Assembly (NCBI GenBank): GCA_026023565.1
Contig: JAPETS010000021.1
Span: forward strand, 496,001-560,000
Direction: 5' to 3'
DNA: 64,000 nucleotides
From: Cirrosporium novae-zelandiae
Lineage: Eukaryota
In this document: piece by piece, positions 1 to 11,028 of the stretch
How positions within the stretch are numbered: the first letter of the stretch is position 1
How the letters are laid out: each line of letters opens with the position of its first letter
Notes under the pieces: model-generated
What the model was told of the DNA's origin: nothing
Database searches by the model: none
Seen by the model: only the letters and a program-made list of their open reading frames with translations
Program-made: the position numbers and the translations under genes

Positions 1-542
1 CGAGGAAGATGAGAGGAGCCGGACGAGCCCTAGTCGTGCAAGTTCAGCGAGGTAGTTCTTGGGTTTAGCATGGTGTTTATGGGAAATAAATCATGGTTCG
101 GCTAGTCTATGGGGAGCGTGTTCAGCACGTCCCCGTGGAGGGGTAATTTCTTTTGTTCATAATAGGGCTGGGAATGAGCTTGGCCTGAATGATTTTGAGG
201 ATCACGTCAGGGAATTTGCTGACGATACTGTAATGTATGCAAAGTGGTAGAGGTTATGAAAGCAATAAGATTCAACGAGTATCGGTGGGCTTGGACATTC
301 TTGAGATAAAGAAATATTTAGTAATAATAACAGCTCCAATGATTTGGGGTAAGAAGATGGTGATCGGCGAACTTGTGGAGAATTTTCCGTCGTCTGGACC
401 TGAACCGAATGTGCCCTCGGCCTATTAGGAATTATGGGATGATGACTTTCGTAGCTTTCTAATTGACTTACATTTGCTTGCTTAACCCCCCGAATTACCC
501 TGCATTCGATTTACCTGCATTGATTCCGGATAGCTGAATTAG

Positions 543-1613
543 ATGGCTCACTGCTTGGGGAGTTCCACATCTGTGGTATATAATATCGCCAAGCTGTCTC
601 TTCGGAATCCGGGACGGAATGTTCTCCTACCAACCAGATATTTAACCCAAGCTCCTCGAGCTTTCAGCACATCGAGATGCCAGTCAAACTTCCCTTACAA
701 TTGCAGATTGTCAACTCTTCCAGAGTCATGCCGCTCAAAATGTCTGAGTTCGAAGCTCTCGACCTCAAAGAGGTCATTCAGCTCCACTCCAACCAAGAAA
801 TACAAGACAATACAGGAGGCTCGCTCGCGCTACCGCTCCGGTGTATGGTAAATCCCTTCTCTGTACTCCTGCAACTTACACTAACGATTATGTGCCTTAG
901 CCATTCTCGGTGACCTCTGCTCTGGTCTTCATCGTAGTCGGCGCCGGTTTGATTGTATATTTCCGCTTTGAAAAAGCGCGGATGGAAAGGGAACACATCG
1001 CAAATATGAACAAAGGTGTCGGGAAGCCCAAAGTTGGTGGTCCGTTCGAGCTTGTAGATCAAGAAGGTCGTCCTTTCACCCACGAAAATCTGAAGGGGAA
1101 ATACGCACTCATCTATTTCGGCTTTACACACTGCCCTGATATATGCCCAGAGGAACTAGATAAAATGGCCGAAATGATCGATATGGTGCGGAATAAATGT
1201 GGAAACGTTATGCTTCCCATTTTTATTACATGTGATCCGGCCAGAGATACACCAGAAGTTATAAAAGAATATCTCATAGAATTTCATCCCAAGTTGATTG
1301 GGCTGACAGGGACGTGGCAACAGATCAAAGACGTCTGCAAGGCTTATAGGGTATACTTTAGTACACCCTCAAACGTGAAAGCCGGCGAGGATTACTTGGT
1401 GGATCATAGTATTTATTTCTACTTCATGGGTATGCAGCCTGGACATTTCCTTATATCGATCCTCTAACCCTCAGTCTATAAGCTAACGAAATTCTTCTAG
1501 ATCCTGATGGAGATTTTGTCGAGGCCGTCGGGAGACAGCACACGGCCGAACGTGGGGCACAAATCATGATTGATCATATCAAGGATTGGCGTGGAAAACT
1601 TAGGAAGGACTGA
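543..1613 (+). CDS. SCO1: Mitochondrial copper chaperone SCO1/SenC (cytochrome c oxidase assembly); exons 543-842, 901-1429, 1501-1613
   Basis: Arg/Ser-rich N-terminal presequence, one TM segment, YFGFTHCPDICPEEL (CxxxC), DPARD and YLVDHSIYFY(M|D)PDG motifs. Two GT-AG introns with CTAAC branch sites restore the frame. Confidence 0.95.
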
Positions 1614-2363
1614 GGAGCAGAGGCAATAGCTTGACGTTGTGTTTGAATTTCTGTGGATTGATTCTTATGCTATGGGTTTTTTCTCAGAGTAGTGAATCAG
1701 ATCTGGAAATGGTGATTGATGCGCAACGTTAATACCTGTCTCAGTTCTTTAATCGGATGTATATCTAGATGAATTTTGTACAGTAATTGTGAAGTGAAAT
1801 GAATTCTAACCTCAGGCCGCAAATTCTTTGCGCACCACGTGCTTGCTTGGCAAATTTGAACAAGACAAGGGGGATTTCTTTTCTGATGGCAATCCTTTCT
1901 ACGAAAATATTATTCCCCCAAATCATTCACTTGGCATAACCATTTGAATTCACCTTGTTTGGTTATCACTTCTCGATTATTTTGTAATCAATGAATTCCA
2001 TTGCCTTGCTATCCTAATGCTAACCTCTCATTCCTTTCTGTACTAGTCCAGTCTCATTGCTTTAGGTACATGCCTGCTTCAACACCATTTACAGGCTGTT
2101 GTAGTCAAAAAAAAAAGACCTGCACAAAACTCCGACTTCTGGAGGTCAAATATCACATTGAAATGGATTATCTGACCCGTACAGATAAGCCAAGAATAAC
2201 ACCAGAACCTCTCGATTGTCGACACCTTGTGTTCGGGTCCCTTTTTGTACAGATGAAAATGACTAAAATCGACAAAAAGGACACTCAAAATCCCCGTTTT
2301 CGAGTTGCTGCGACTGAAACCCTATCCAGGAGGCAAAACAGTCTGGTAAACTCTTCTGGAACT

Positions 2364-4323
2364 TTAAGTATGGGAGTGCCCAGCCGCTCCGCTGTCGCTA
2401 GGATTATCAAGCTCGCCATTCATATTTTGCAACGCAGCCACAGCACGACATTTTTTGAATTTCAATTTTAATCGAGGTTGAGTGGGCACTATAGATTCGG
2501 AGGTCATAGGAGGGGACCCAGATGGGTTCAAATTAACCAACCCACGGTTCAAGAGGTCTTGAGCTGTCTCCATACTAATCTTGACACCTTCTTTTCCGCT
2601 ATCAAGCTTTGGCAATGGTTCGCCACGACGGCGTTTCTTGGTTGCAGGTGCTTGGAGTTTCTGGCTTAACTTCTCATTTTGCTCCTTAGCCCAACGTTCG
2701 CCTGCAGCGTAGGCCTCTGGAGTGATGACCGAAGTGGGCAAGTTTGCGCCCTTTAACTCTTCATGGTACCACACTGGCTTTTTTTCCTTGGGGGTTGCTT
2801 TGGTACGAGATTTCCTCTAATAAGCTATATTAGCAAGAGTAACTTGGAGGCCTTCAAGAAGAATGACTTGGTGTTTAGCATGAGAATTCTTACCTTGGGC
2901 TTCTGTTTCTTCATTTCCTTCATTTCCTTCATTTCCTTCATCTTTATGGCTTTCTCCTCAGCCGTCATTTTCAAGTATTGGTCGGTCTCAGTAGGAAGTC
3001 CTTCGGACTTGCGCCATGATTCCCAGCTATTCATAGTTGAGCTCGGATATTCGGAAGGATATTCGGGGGCTCCTACGGGCTCGGAATTGGTCTGAAAACT
3101 TGGGGCATTAATACCAAGTTCGGTGAACCTCTGTGCATATACCGTTCGCATGGTCTTGGCAACCCAATCTGGGTCACATACATTGTTGACATTAGCCTTG
3201 CTGGCTTCGGTGAAATCGTTATCTCCAGGCTGCATCCCGTTGGATTGAGCATTGGTGGATGGATCGATCCTGTAAGGAAACGCCTTTGGAAGATTCTGAT
3301 GCATGTCATTATCAAACCACAAGAGTGGGTCTAGAACAATGTCTACCTGTGGTGTATGGGGGTGGTGATGATCAGAGGCCTCGAGACTAGGACATTCCTC
3401 GTATTCTTTGTGCTTCTTGAGCTCCTTAAGAGCGAATTCGTGATGGATTCTGAGGCGTTCATTATGAATGAAGCGGTCTCGTTCAAATTTGGCATTCCAA
3501 GCACAAACCAACATTGTTCTTTTTTCATTCCTTGAATGCTCTGGAAGCTGATCAATTCCTTCAATATCCTTATTTAGGCGTTCGACAGCCTGCTCGCGGG
3601 CCCAGAAATAAAGCTCCTTCACCTTTTCAGGCGAATAGGGTATTTCTCCAGCAACATAGCCGGGAGGAGGCAACATGTTGCCAACCCAATCACTAGTACC
3701 TGGAAAGCGAAGGCTTGGGCCTATCTCATCGGCGCGACGTTTGTAAGGGTTGAATTTATCGCCCCGGGCTATGGAGTTGGGATGGAGATCCTCAATGGTA
3801 ATTTTAGGATAACTAGCCGAAGCAACAAGTTCACCAGGTGATGGAAGCAAAGCTGTTGGGAGGTTGAGTCCAGTGCCATGCTCGTTTCTACTTGCATCTT
3901 CGTTGGAGATTACAGTATCAATGGGAAGGAGGCCAGAAAGAGCTTGATTGAAGTCATATGGTGCTGAGGTTCTCAGTTAGTAATCCTGGTTTGGGATCAC
4001 AAAGGTGAGCTCTTTCGAGGGTTACGATACTTACAGTTGACATTGTAAGGTGTTGCATGGAGCTGACCGGGAGACTGGACATGAGATGTCACCATGCTAG
4101 GCCTGTGAAGTGAGGTGAAACGTCAGTAACGACAGCACAACTTCAGATTATATCTCAGTGATAGCAGTGATAATAACCCTATAGTTGATGGTATTGGTGA
4201 TGTCGACAGTGTTGACACTTACTCATCCTGTTTACTGTCAATATCCTGTTCATGATCAATTCCACCTTCATCAAAAGCGGTTACACCAGCTTCTCCGAGC
4301 ATGTTGACGTGGCTAAACTCCAT
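2364..4323 (-). CDS. Hypothetical protein, 4 exons, basic NLS-like motifs (KKRRR)
   Basis: ATG at 4323 (MEFSHVNMLGEAG...). Three GTAAG-...-AG introns join the 2825-3850 and 2364-2774 ORFs in frame (...KPK|RKSRTKATPKEKKPVWYHEE...). No recognisable domain. Confidence 0.65.
2909..2941. repeat. Coding 9-nt tandem repeat (CTTCATTTC)x3.7, encoding MKE repeats
   Basis: Direct reading; gives KMKEMKEMKEMKK in the minus-strand gene. Confidence 0.85.
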
Positions 4324-4736
4324 TTCAATAGGAGTAAGATGCGAGGGAAAGCTAGATTGAATGCGAAAGGCCAGCTTCGGCTTAAAGAGCTTGTGGTTGT
4401 TGATTTCTCAAGAGATTGTGCACAATGGAAGAAGCAGAGAAGTGAGAAGTAAGTAAATAGTTGAGAGGTAGAGTATGCGATGGAGAGCCGGATCCTCCTC
4501 ATTGGCTGAGCTGCCTCGTACAATTCTCACCGTATTGGTGTAGTGTTGTGTTGAGCTACGCTACGGATTTGTATCAAAACAACTTGTTTCCTATTGATCA
4601 ACAACTACCTCGACATTAACAATAGGAATTACCACAGACTTAAGAATTTCAAGGCCCTCTATCCGTCCATCATCGACGGCAATTATATTACTGATGCTCA
4701 TATCCAATTCCTGTATGGAACTCTCTGTCGAAGGCT

Positions 4737-5260
4737 TGTACTGAGAATTCTACTGAATGCTCAAATTACCTTTACCAAGGTCCTTGCTGGAACCTTTGCT
4801 GAGAGCCCTGATGAGTTTCTGAATGAATTTTTCACTTGAGTCCTCACTAATTGAGGTCTCGATTAAATACCCTACTAAGAGCCCTAACTTAGTGCCTTGA
4901 TACGTCTTGATTGAGGGTGTCAGTTGAGATCCTTATCAAGGCTATAAGTGGATATTCTATCAGGCACCCTCTTAAATATCCTACTGAGCCTTTTTTTTTT
5001 ATCAAGTTTCTAGTCGATTGTAGTTTCGACTGAGGTCCTTGATTGAGTGCTCCTGTTGTAACCCTAATGAAGTCTTTAGTGGGTCCATAGTCAAGTGCCC
5101 CCAAGTGAAGTCCTGGCCAAGCCCTTCCTTCATCTACTGAGAATTTATTTTACTCTGGGGGACCTAGTTGACTGAGAAGTCGCGGCTGAGGAGGACTTTA
5201 CTGGATATATCCTACAAAGGATCCTGACTGTGGTGGTCATCACAGAAGTCCTGACTAAAT
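4737..5260. repeat. Degenerate ~12-nt periodic repeat (CCTACTGAGnnn-like)
   Basis: Recurrent ctactgag / ctgatgag / ttgctgag / gattgag units at roughly 12-nt spacing; no clean ORF. Confidence 0.4.
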
Positions 5261-5269
5261 AAATGCATT

Positions 5270-6850
5270 TGGTAATTTTTTTTACTGAAAACTCTTGCTA
5301 ACCTTCTTCCTTACGAGGCAACCCTCCTAAATAATTCAATTAGACATTGCTCCTGAAAGAAAACCCTTCTAAAAAAAAATCTTCCAACCCTCCCCCTGTG
5401 TTATGGCACACTTTTGTTGTAAAACTAGTTCTATTCCTTAACTAACAGATTTTGTTTTTTTATCAAAAGGGTCCCTTAAAAATTTTTTAATTATAAAACA
5501 GACTAAACAAACTAAACAAACAAACATGTGTGGTTCATTCGACCCCTAACACCCCCCCTTTCAATACCATGTCAAGAAAGGGTGCAATTCATATCTCCAT
5601 AAACAAGCCCCCCCCCCCCCCCTTAGCCCAGCCAGTTCTTTATTTTATCTTATTCATTAAATACGTAAGAAAGAAAGGTTAAAATATTGTCTCAAATGGG
5701 AGATTCATTAATTCATTTATTTATCATATCAAAACCTTCTCAACCCCTATTTATTATATATCATCCATCATTCCTCAAGGTGAAATGGATTATTTTATTA
5801 TATTAATATAAAATGTATATTAGTTTAGGTTTAGGTTTGGGTTTAGATGCGTATACTGTGTACTGCTGCATATGAAGGAGATATGACATACATAGGGATT
5901 AAAAAGATAAGGTAAAGATAAGATAGGATAGGATAGGATGGGATGGGTGGATGGATGGATAAGAGTTAAAGATAGAGAGAGAGATGATTAAATGATTGAC
6001 CTGGCGGCGTATGTTTGTTTGGTAAAGATGGTCTATTGCCATGTCATATACTTAATTCTAATTCTGATATGGATGACGAGCCTGCTGGATTATAGAGAGA
6101 GGAAAAAAAAGAGAGAAGAGATGTATTTCTTATCTACCTAGGTATCTATATCCATAGTTTTTTTTATTCCTTATCCTTTGTTCTATCCTATAATATAACA
6201 GCCAAAAAACTAACTACTACCAAACGTCGTCCAACATTCCAAAACTCTCAATATCAAATATCAAATATCCCCCCCCCCCCTTCCCTTCCATCTTCAACCA
6301 TCCAAAAGTTTTACGAATCAATGAGCCCCGATTATCTACAGCATTACTACTACTACTACTACTACTACAGTAGTTTGGAATCTTTGTATGTATGTAGCAT
6401 TTGTAAGATAAGAATAGGGGAGATGGGAGATGGATATCCTTATTTCCGGGGAGGGAGGGAGGGAGGGGGGTTAAAGAGAGGGTATTGTAGGAGTGGAAAG
6501 GGATGAAATGAGAGGAGGGGAGAAGGCTTTATTACTGTAGTTGGATTTAGAAGGGAAAAGAAGAGAACTAACTAGATTTCATAGATTTTTTCTTTTTTAT
6601 ATAATATATTCGTTTATTTTTGTTTTTGTTATTTCTTTTGTTTGTTTGTTTGTTTATTTATTTGTTTGGTCAGTTGGTTGGTTGGAATGTGGTGTGGTGT
6701 GTTGTAATATATTTTTTATTTTTTTTCAAACACCAAAAGTGATGAAAATAAGAAGAAGAAAAGAAAATTAGCAAATGAAAGCTTTAACTATGGATAGGAT
6801 AAAGTATTAACTATGAGAAGATTAAAAAAGAAAATACTTTACGTATGTGC
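5270..6850. repeat. AT-rich low-complexity/microsatellite island
   Basis: (AAAC)n, poly-C, (GGAT)n, (TAC)n near 6346-6369, (GTTT)n and poly-T tracts. Confidence 0.8.
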
Positions 6851-7600
6851 GCACTGTAATTAGACCGTGGTACTACTTTTACCAAAGGAGGTTCTAGATG
6901 AACCTTGTGGACAATGACAACAGATACGGTTGAATAAAGAAAGATTTCGAAGTTGGGAGAAAGTATCTATTTACTATGTACAGCTTATGTGAAAGGTAAA
7001 AGGGTCTACTAGAGTGGGATCCGGATAGATTATCAAGAATTCTTTTGATTTGACCTTATGGATATCTCTTGTAACTATGTTAAACAGCAAGCTCATAACC
7101 CTCAGCTGGAATCCTCATCATACAGATCTTTGAAAGCGCTGAAAATAGAAGTTATTGGAGTAATCACCGCATTTATTCTAGCTACTGAGAGAAACTATCT
7201 GTTGTGTGTCATATCACTAGGAGGGACCACCACTTCGCAACCGGAATGAAGGTGTGGTCGAATTTCTCTCGAGTAGAAGATGAACAAAAAAAAGAGAGAT
7301 CAAAGCATGGGGAAGCATGGGGGGTATGTGTCTTCATCTGGCTGTGATGTAGTTGCTGTATCCAGCGGGACCGAAACAACTAATAGACAACCAGATGAAG
7401 ATGTAAAAAAGCCGTGAGGAGGGAAAAATTTCACCGGCCTGGAATGATTCGCCCATAAGTATGAGTTGTAAAGATGGGGATAATCCCACCGTTCCTCTGT
7501 TTCAGGCGCACTTATTCTCTACCAGGCCCGATGAGTAAACCCAAGTGGCTATTTGACCGGATGGCGTAGGTCGAAGGTTAAGGATGTTTGCACAAGCCCA

Positions 7601-9714
7601 TTACCAACCTGCTGGCTTAGAACCACCAGCGGCACCCCATCCACTTTCAGCAGGCGCAGCTTGATCGGTAGAAGCACCCCATGCATTACCGCCGCTACCC
7701 CAGGCACTATCACCACCAGTCTCCTCATCACCTTCGTTGTCCGATTCATCGTCAAAGTCAAGCTTGCCACCCTCGGGAACATACTGCTGGAAGAATTCGG
7801 GAATCTTTTGCTTTGACTCAATAAGGATCTTGACCAAGTCTTGTGCGATAGGCTCATCACGCTCCTCACTATAAAAGGAAGTAGCAAGTCCCTGGTTGCC
7901 AATGCGGGCAGTACGTCCTAAAAAAGTGTTAATGTCTTGAAGGACTGACTATATGGGGAATTAGAAGCTTACCAATGCGATGAATGTATTCATCAATACC
8001 ACCATGTTCCACAGATGGAAGGTCGTAGTTGATGACATGCATGACAGACCTAACGTCAATTCCTCGAGCAGACACCCCCGTAGCAATAAGGATGGGTGCT
8101 GTGGCTGTCTTGAAAGCGCGGAGGGCATCTTCCCGCTCACGCTGAGTGCGGTCAGAGTGGATGGAAGTACTTGGAAGCCCGTTGTTGTAGAGGTAGTCAT
8201 CGAGAAGGTCGGCAGACTTTTTGTTGTTGACAAAGATCATGGTCCTCGCAGGAGGCATAGCAATGAGAATGTCATAAAGAGCCTGTCTCTTCATAGACTC
8301 ATCGGTAGCAATGATCTGGAAGTCTATTAGTAGGTATTCCTAATATCAATGCTGATCTGGTGGCTCACCTGCTGTTCGACGTTGACATGAGTGCTACCAG
8401 CACGACCGACGCGGATACGCATATGATCAGTAGCCATGAACTTCTTGGCAAGTTTTCGGGTTTCCTTGTTGAAAGTAGCTGAGAACATCATGTAAACATG
8501 GTCAGCATCTTCATTGGTGTCTGAAGATCATGTTAGTAAGGCATGAACAGGAATACGAATCACGATAACCTACCTCCTCCGGCAAAAATCTTTCCGAGAT
8601 CGGCCTCCCAGTCAGGTTGAAGCATTTCATCTGCCTCGTCGATGATGGTGTATTTGACACGAGAAAGAGAAAGGATATGAGGTTTCTCCATGAAGTCAAT
8701 CAACCGACCAGGAGTTGCGATGAGGACATCACAGCCCCTTGCAAGCTCTGCGCGTTGCTCTCTGGCTGGAGCTCCGCCATAGATGACGCAAGGACGAAGC
8801 ATGGAGCGATAGCAAAAACGGCGCGCGTCGTCAAAGATCTGAGCAGACAACTCACGCGTAGGTGCCACAACTAAGATCAAAGGCTCCGCACGAGCGTTAT
8901 CGGTTTCGGGATTGAAGTTACCTAAAGTAGGACGAGGGGCAGCAAGTTTTTTGGCCTTGCCCATTAACTTGGACAAGGTTGGGATCAGGTAGGCTGCTGT
9001 CTTTCCAGAACCAGTCTGAGCACATGCAATCACATCATGGTTCTTGAGGACTGCAGGAAGAGTGTAGGCCTGAACGGGGGTTGGCTTCCCATAACCGCAG
9101 AGCATGATATTTTCAAGCATGATGGGATGCAGACCAGCATCAGAAAACTAAGTTGATTGTTAGCAATGAATGAGAAGAGAAAATGGACATCTTACCTCTC
9201 GAATCGGGTTGATCTTGACCGGGCCTTCGTTGGTTACTTCAAACTCATTCAACCTAAGGTTGTATTAGCAGATGTAAACAATAAACTAACAGAATACTTA
9301 CGACGAAAGCCTGCTACCCTGAATAGAAGCGAACTCGTGCCGAAAGAGCTGGCTCTCAAGATCTTCGTTTCGAGGGCCAACATCCCCGTACTCGTCATCC
9401 CACTCGTACTTCTGAGCATTCGATGCCCAGATAGGGAAACCTTCTTCCTTGGTCGGCTCAGCACCGGAGGGACCTGAATCATTGTACGCATCGTAGTTGT
9501 ACACCGCAGGCTCGGCCCAACCCTTTTCATGTGCAATCTTTGCCTGGTCGGCATTGATCTGTTGACCGGGATGAACAGGCTTACGTTCAGCCACATCGGC
9601 AAGAGCTAATGAGAGAAGAGTATTAGCTTGTGTAACTAATCTAAGTGAGTGTAGAGCTGAGAATTAAAACTTACCTTCGTTCAAGTCATTCGTGTCAAAC
9701 GCGTTCTCAGACAT
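7601..9714 (-). CDS. DEAD-box RNA helicase, Vasa/DED1-like family; 7 exons; WG/GW-rich C-terminus
   Basis: Q motif GYGKPTPVQ, AQTGSGKT, PTRELS, TPGRL, DEAD, MFSATF, HSDRTQRERE, ARGID, YIHRIGRTARIG. ATG at 9714 (MSENAFDTNDLNE|ALADVAERK...). All introns are canonical. Confidence 0.93.
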
Positions 9715-10944
9715 GATTATTTCTGGTATGCGAAGATTTATAATGCCTGAAGAGCAGAATTAAACCTTGGGAAAGCCTGGAAATGGATGAGATTAGCTTC
9801 AGATGGTAAACAAGGGTTGAGATGGATGTGCTAAAGGAAGATGTTCGAGAAAGACAAGGTATCCAAGGTCAGGTAGAAGCAATGTCTTGTTGATGTTGAG
9901 TTGAGTTCAAGATTTGGTCAACAAGAATCGGGCCTTCTAAGTGATAGATTCAGGCAGGATGGAGAGACTGCTACCAGAATGAAAGGAGAATGAACTTACT
10001 GGTAGGAAGGGAAGAAAGCCTTCAGATTACTTTGAATCCGACAGTGGAGAAGAGGGGGAGAAGAGAGAATGATTGTAGAGGATGAAGATGAAATAGTTAG
10101 AAGAGTGGGATGTAGAAGATATTTATAATGAGAGGGAGAAGAATTGCAGGACGCTAGTTTAGCGTATCTGGAGCAATAGTGAATAAAAGTCTAGATGCTA
10201 GATCCTTCTATTCTACGGTCCAATAACTAAGATACAATTCACTGCAACAAGCCACTGAACGGGGCCAATAAGGTATAGTTTCCTAGAAGTGAATAGTAAG
10301 CCTGTGCCCCGTTTCCAATGTAATTCACGTATGAGCGACATGAGGTACGATGACAGTTTGATAGACATTGTTCAGGGTGATGGTATTATTGACAAACAGT
10401 CAAGTATGAAAAGTAGGGGAAAGGGGGAGGGCTTTCTCTTAGGGCAAATAGTCGCCATGGAAGGAAAGGGGGAGAATATTCTGCTAGGGCAAACAACAAT
10501 CATGTGAGCAAAAGGGTGGTTGAAAATAAACGTGTCAAACAGCATGGTACAAACATAGACCCTTTCCCCAGATTAATAAGAGATGTGTATGTTTGAACAT
10601 TTGTGCATACGAAATTTATACATAAGAGAAAAAGTTTAAGCATGGAACTAAAAGGCTTAAGTTAGCTACTAATAAAAGTCGCCGGCCCTTAATTTTAATC
10701 CATGTTTAACCTTCCCAGCCTAGCATCGTGGGACGTCTGCTTGAACAATCCCCTTACAGAAGTACTCCACCATAAGAGCCAGCTATAAACATCATCCCTC
10801 GAGCTTGATGAATAGCTCACGCTTGAAGAATGCCGAAACCAAAAAAACCCCTCATAAATTGTTCCCACGTAAGAATAATAAGAAAGTATTCGAGATGCGG
10901 TATTTAATAAACTGTATCTATACTTACTTTTAAAAGTGTGTATT

Positions 10945-11028
10945 GTATATATGCTGGTGCATTTGAGGATCAGATTGCTGTATATATACTGGCGGATTTG
11001 AGGGTCGGATTGCTGTATGTATAATTGG
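10945..11028. repeat. 35-bp imperfect tandem duplication (~2.4 copies)
   Basis: gtatatatgctggtgcatttgaggatcagattgct / gtatatatactggcggatttgagggtcggattgct / gtatgtataattgg. Confidence 0.8.

Noticed and set aside
1..428. Short ORFs at the window start and a possible divergent minus-strand gene
   Set aside because: No frame gives a consistent spliced product or recognisable motif, and the window edge prevents evaluation.
5822..5846. TTTAGG/TTTGGG run resembling telomeric repeats
   Set aside because: Only about four degenerate units, not TTAGGG, and embedded in a microsatellite island.
6321..6771. Poly-Tyr and Phe-rich ORFs
   Set aside because: Translation artefacts of simple repeats.
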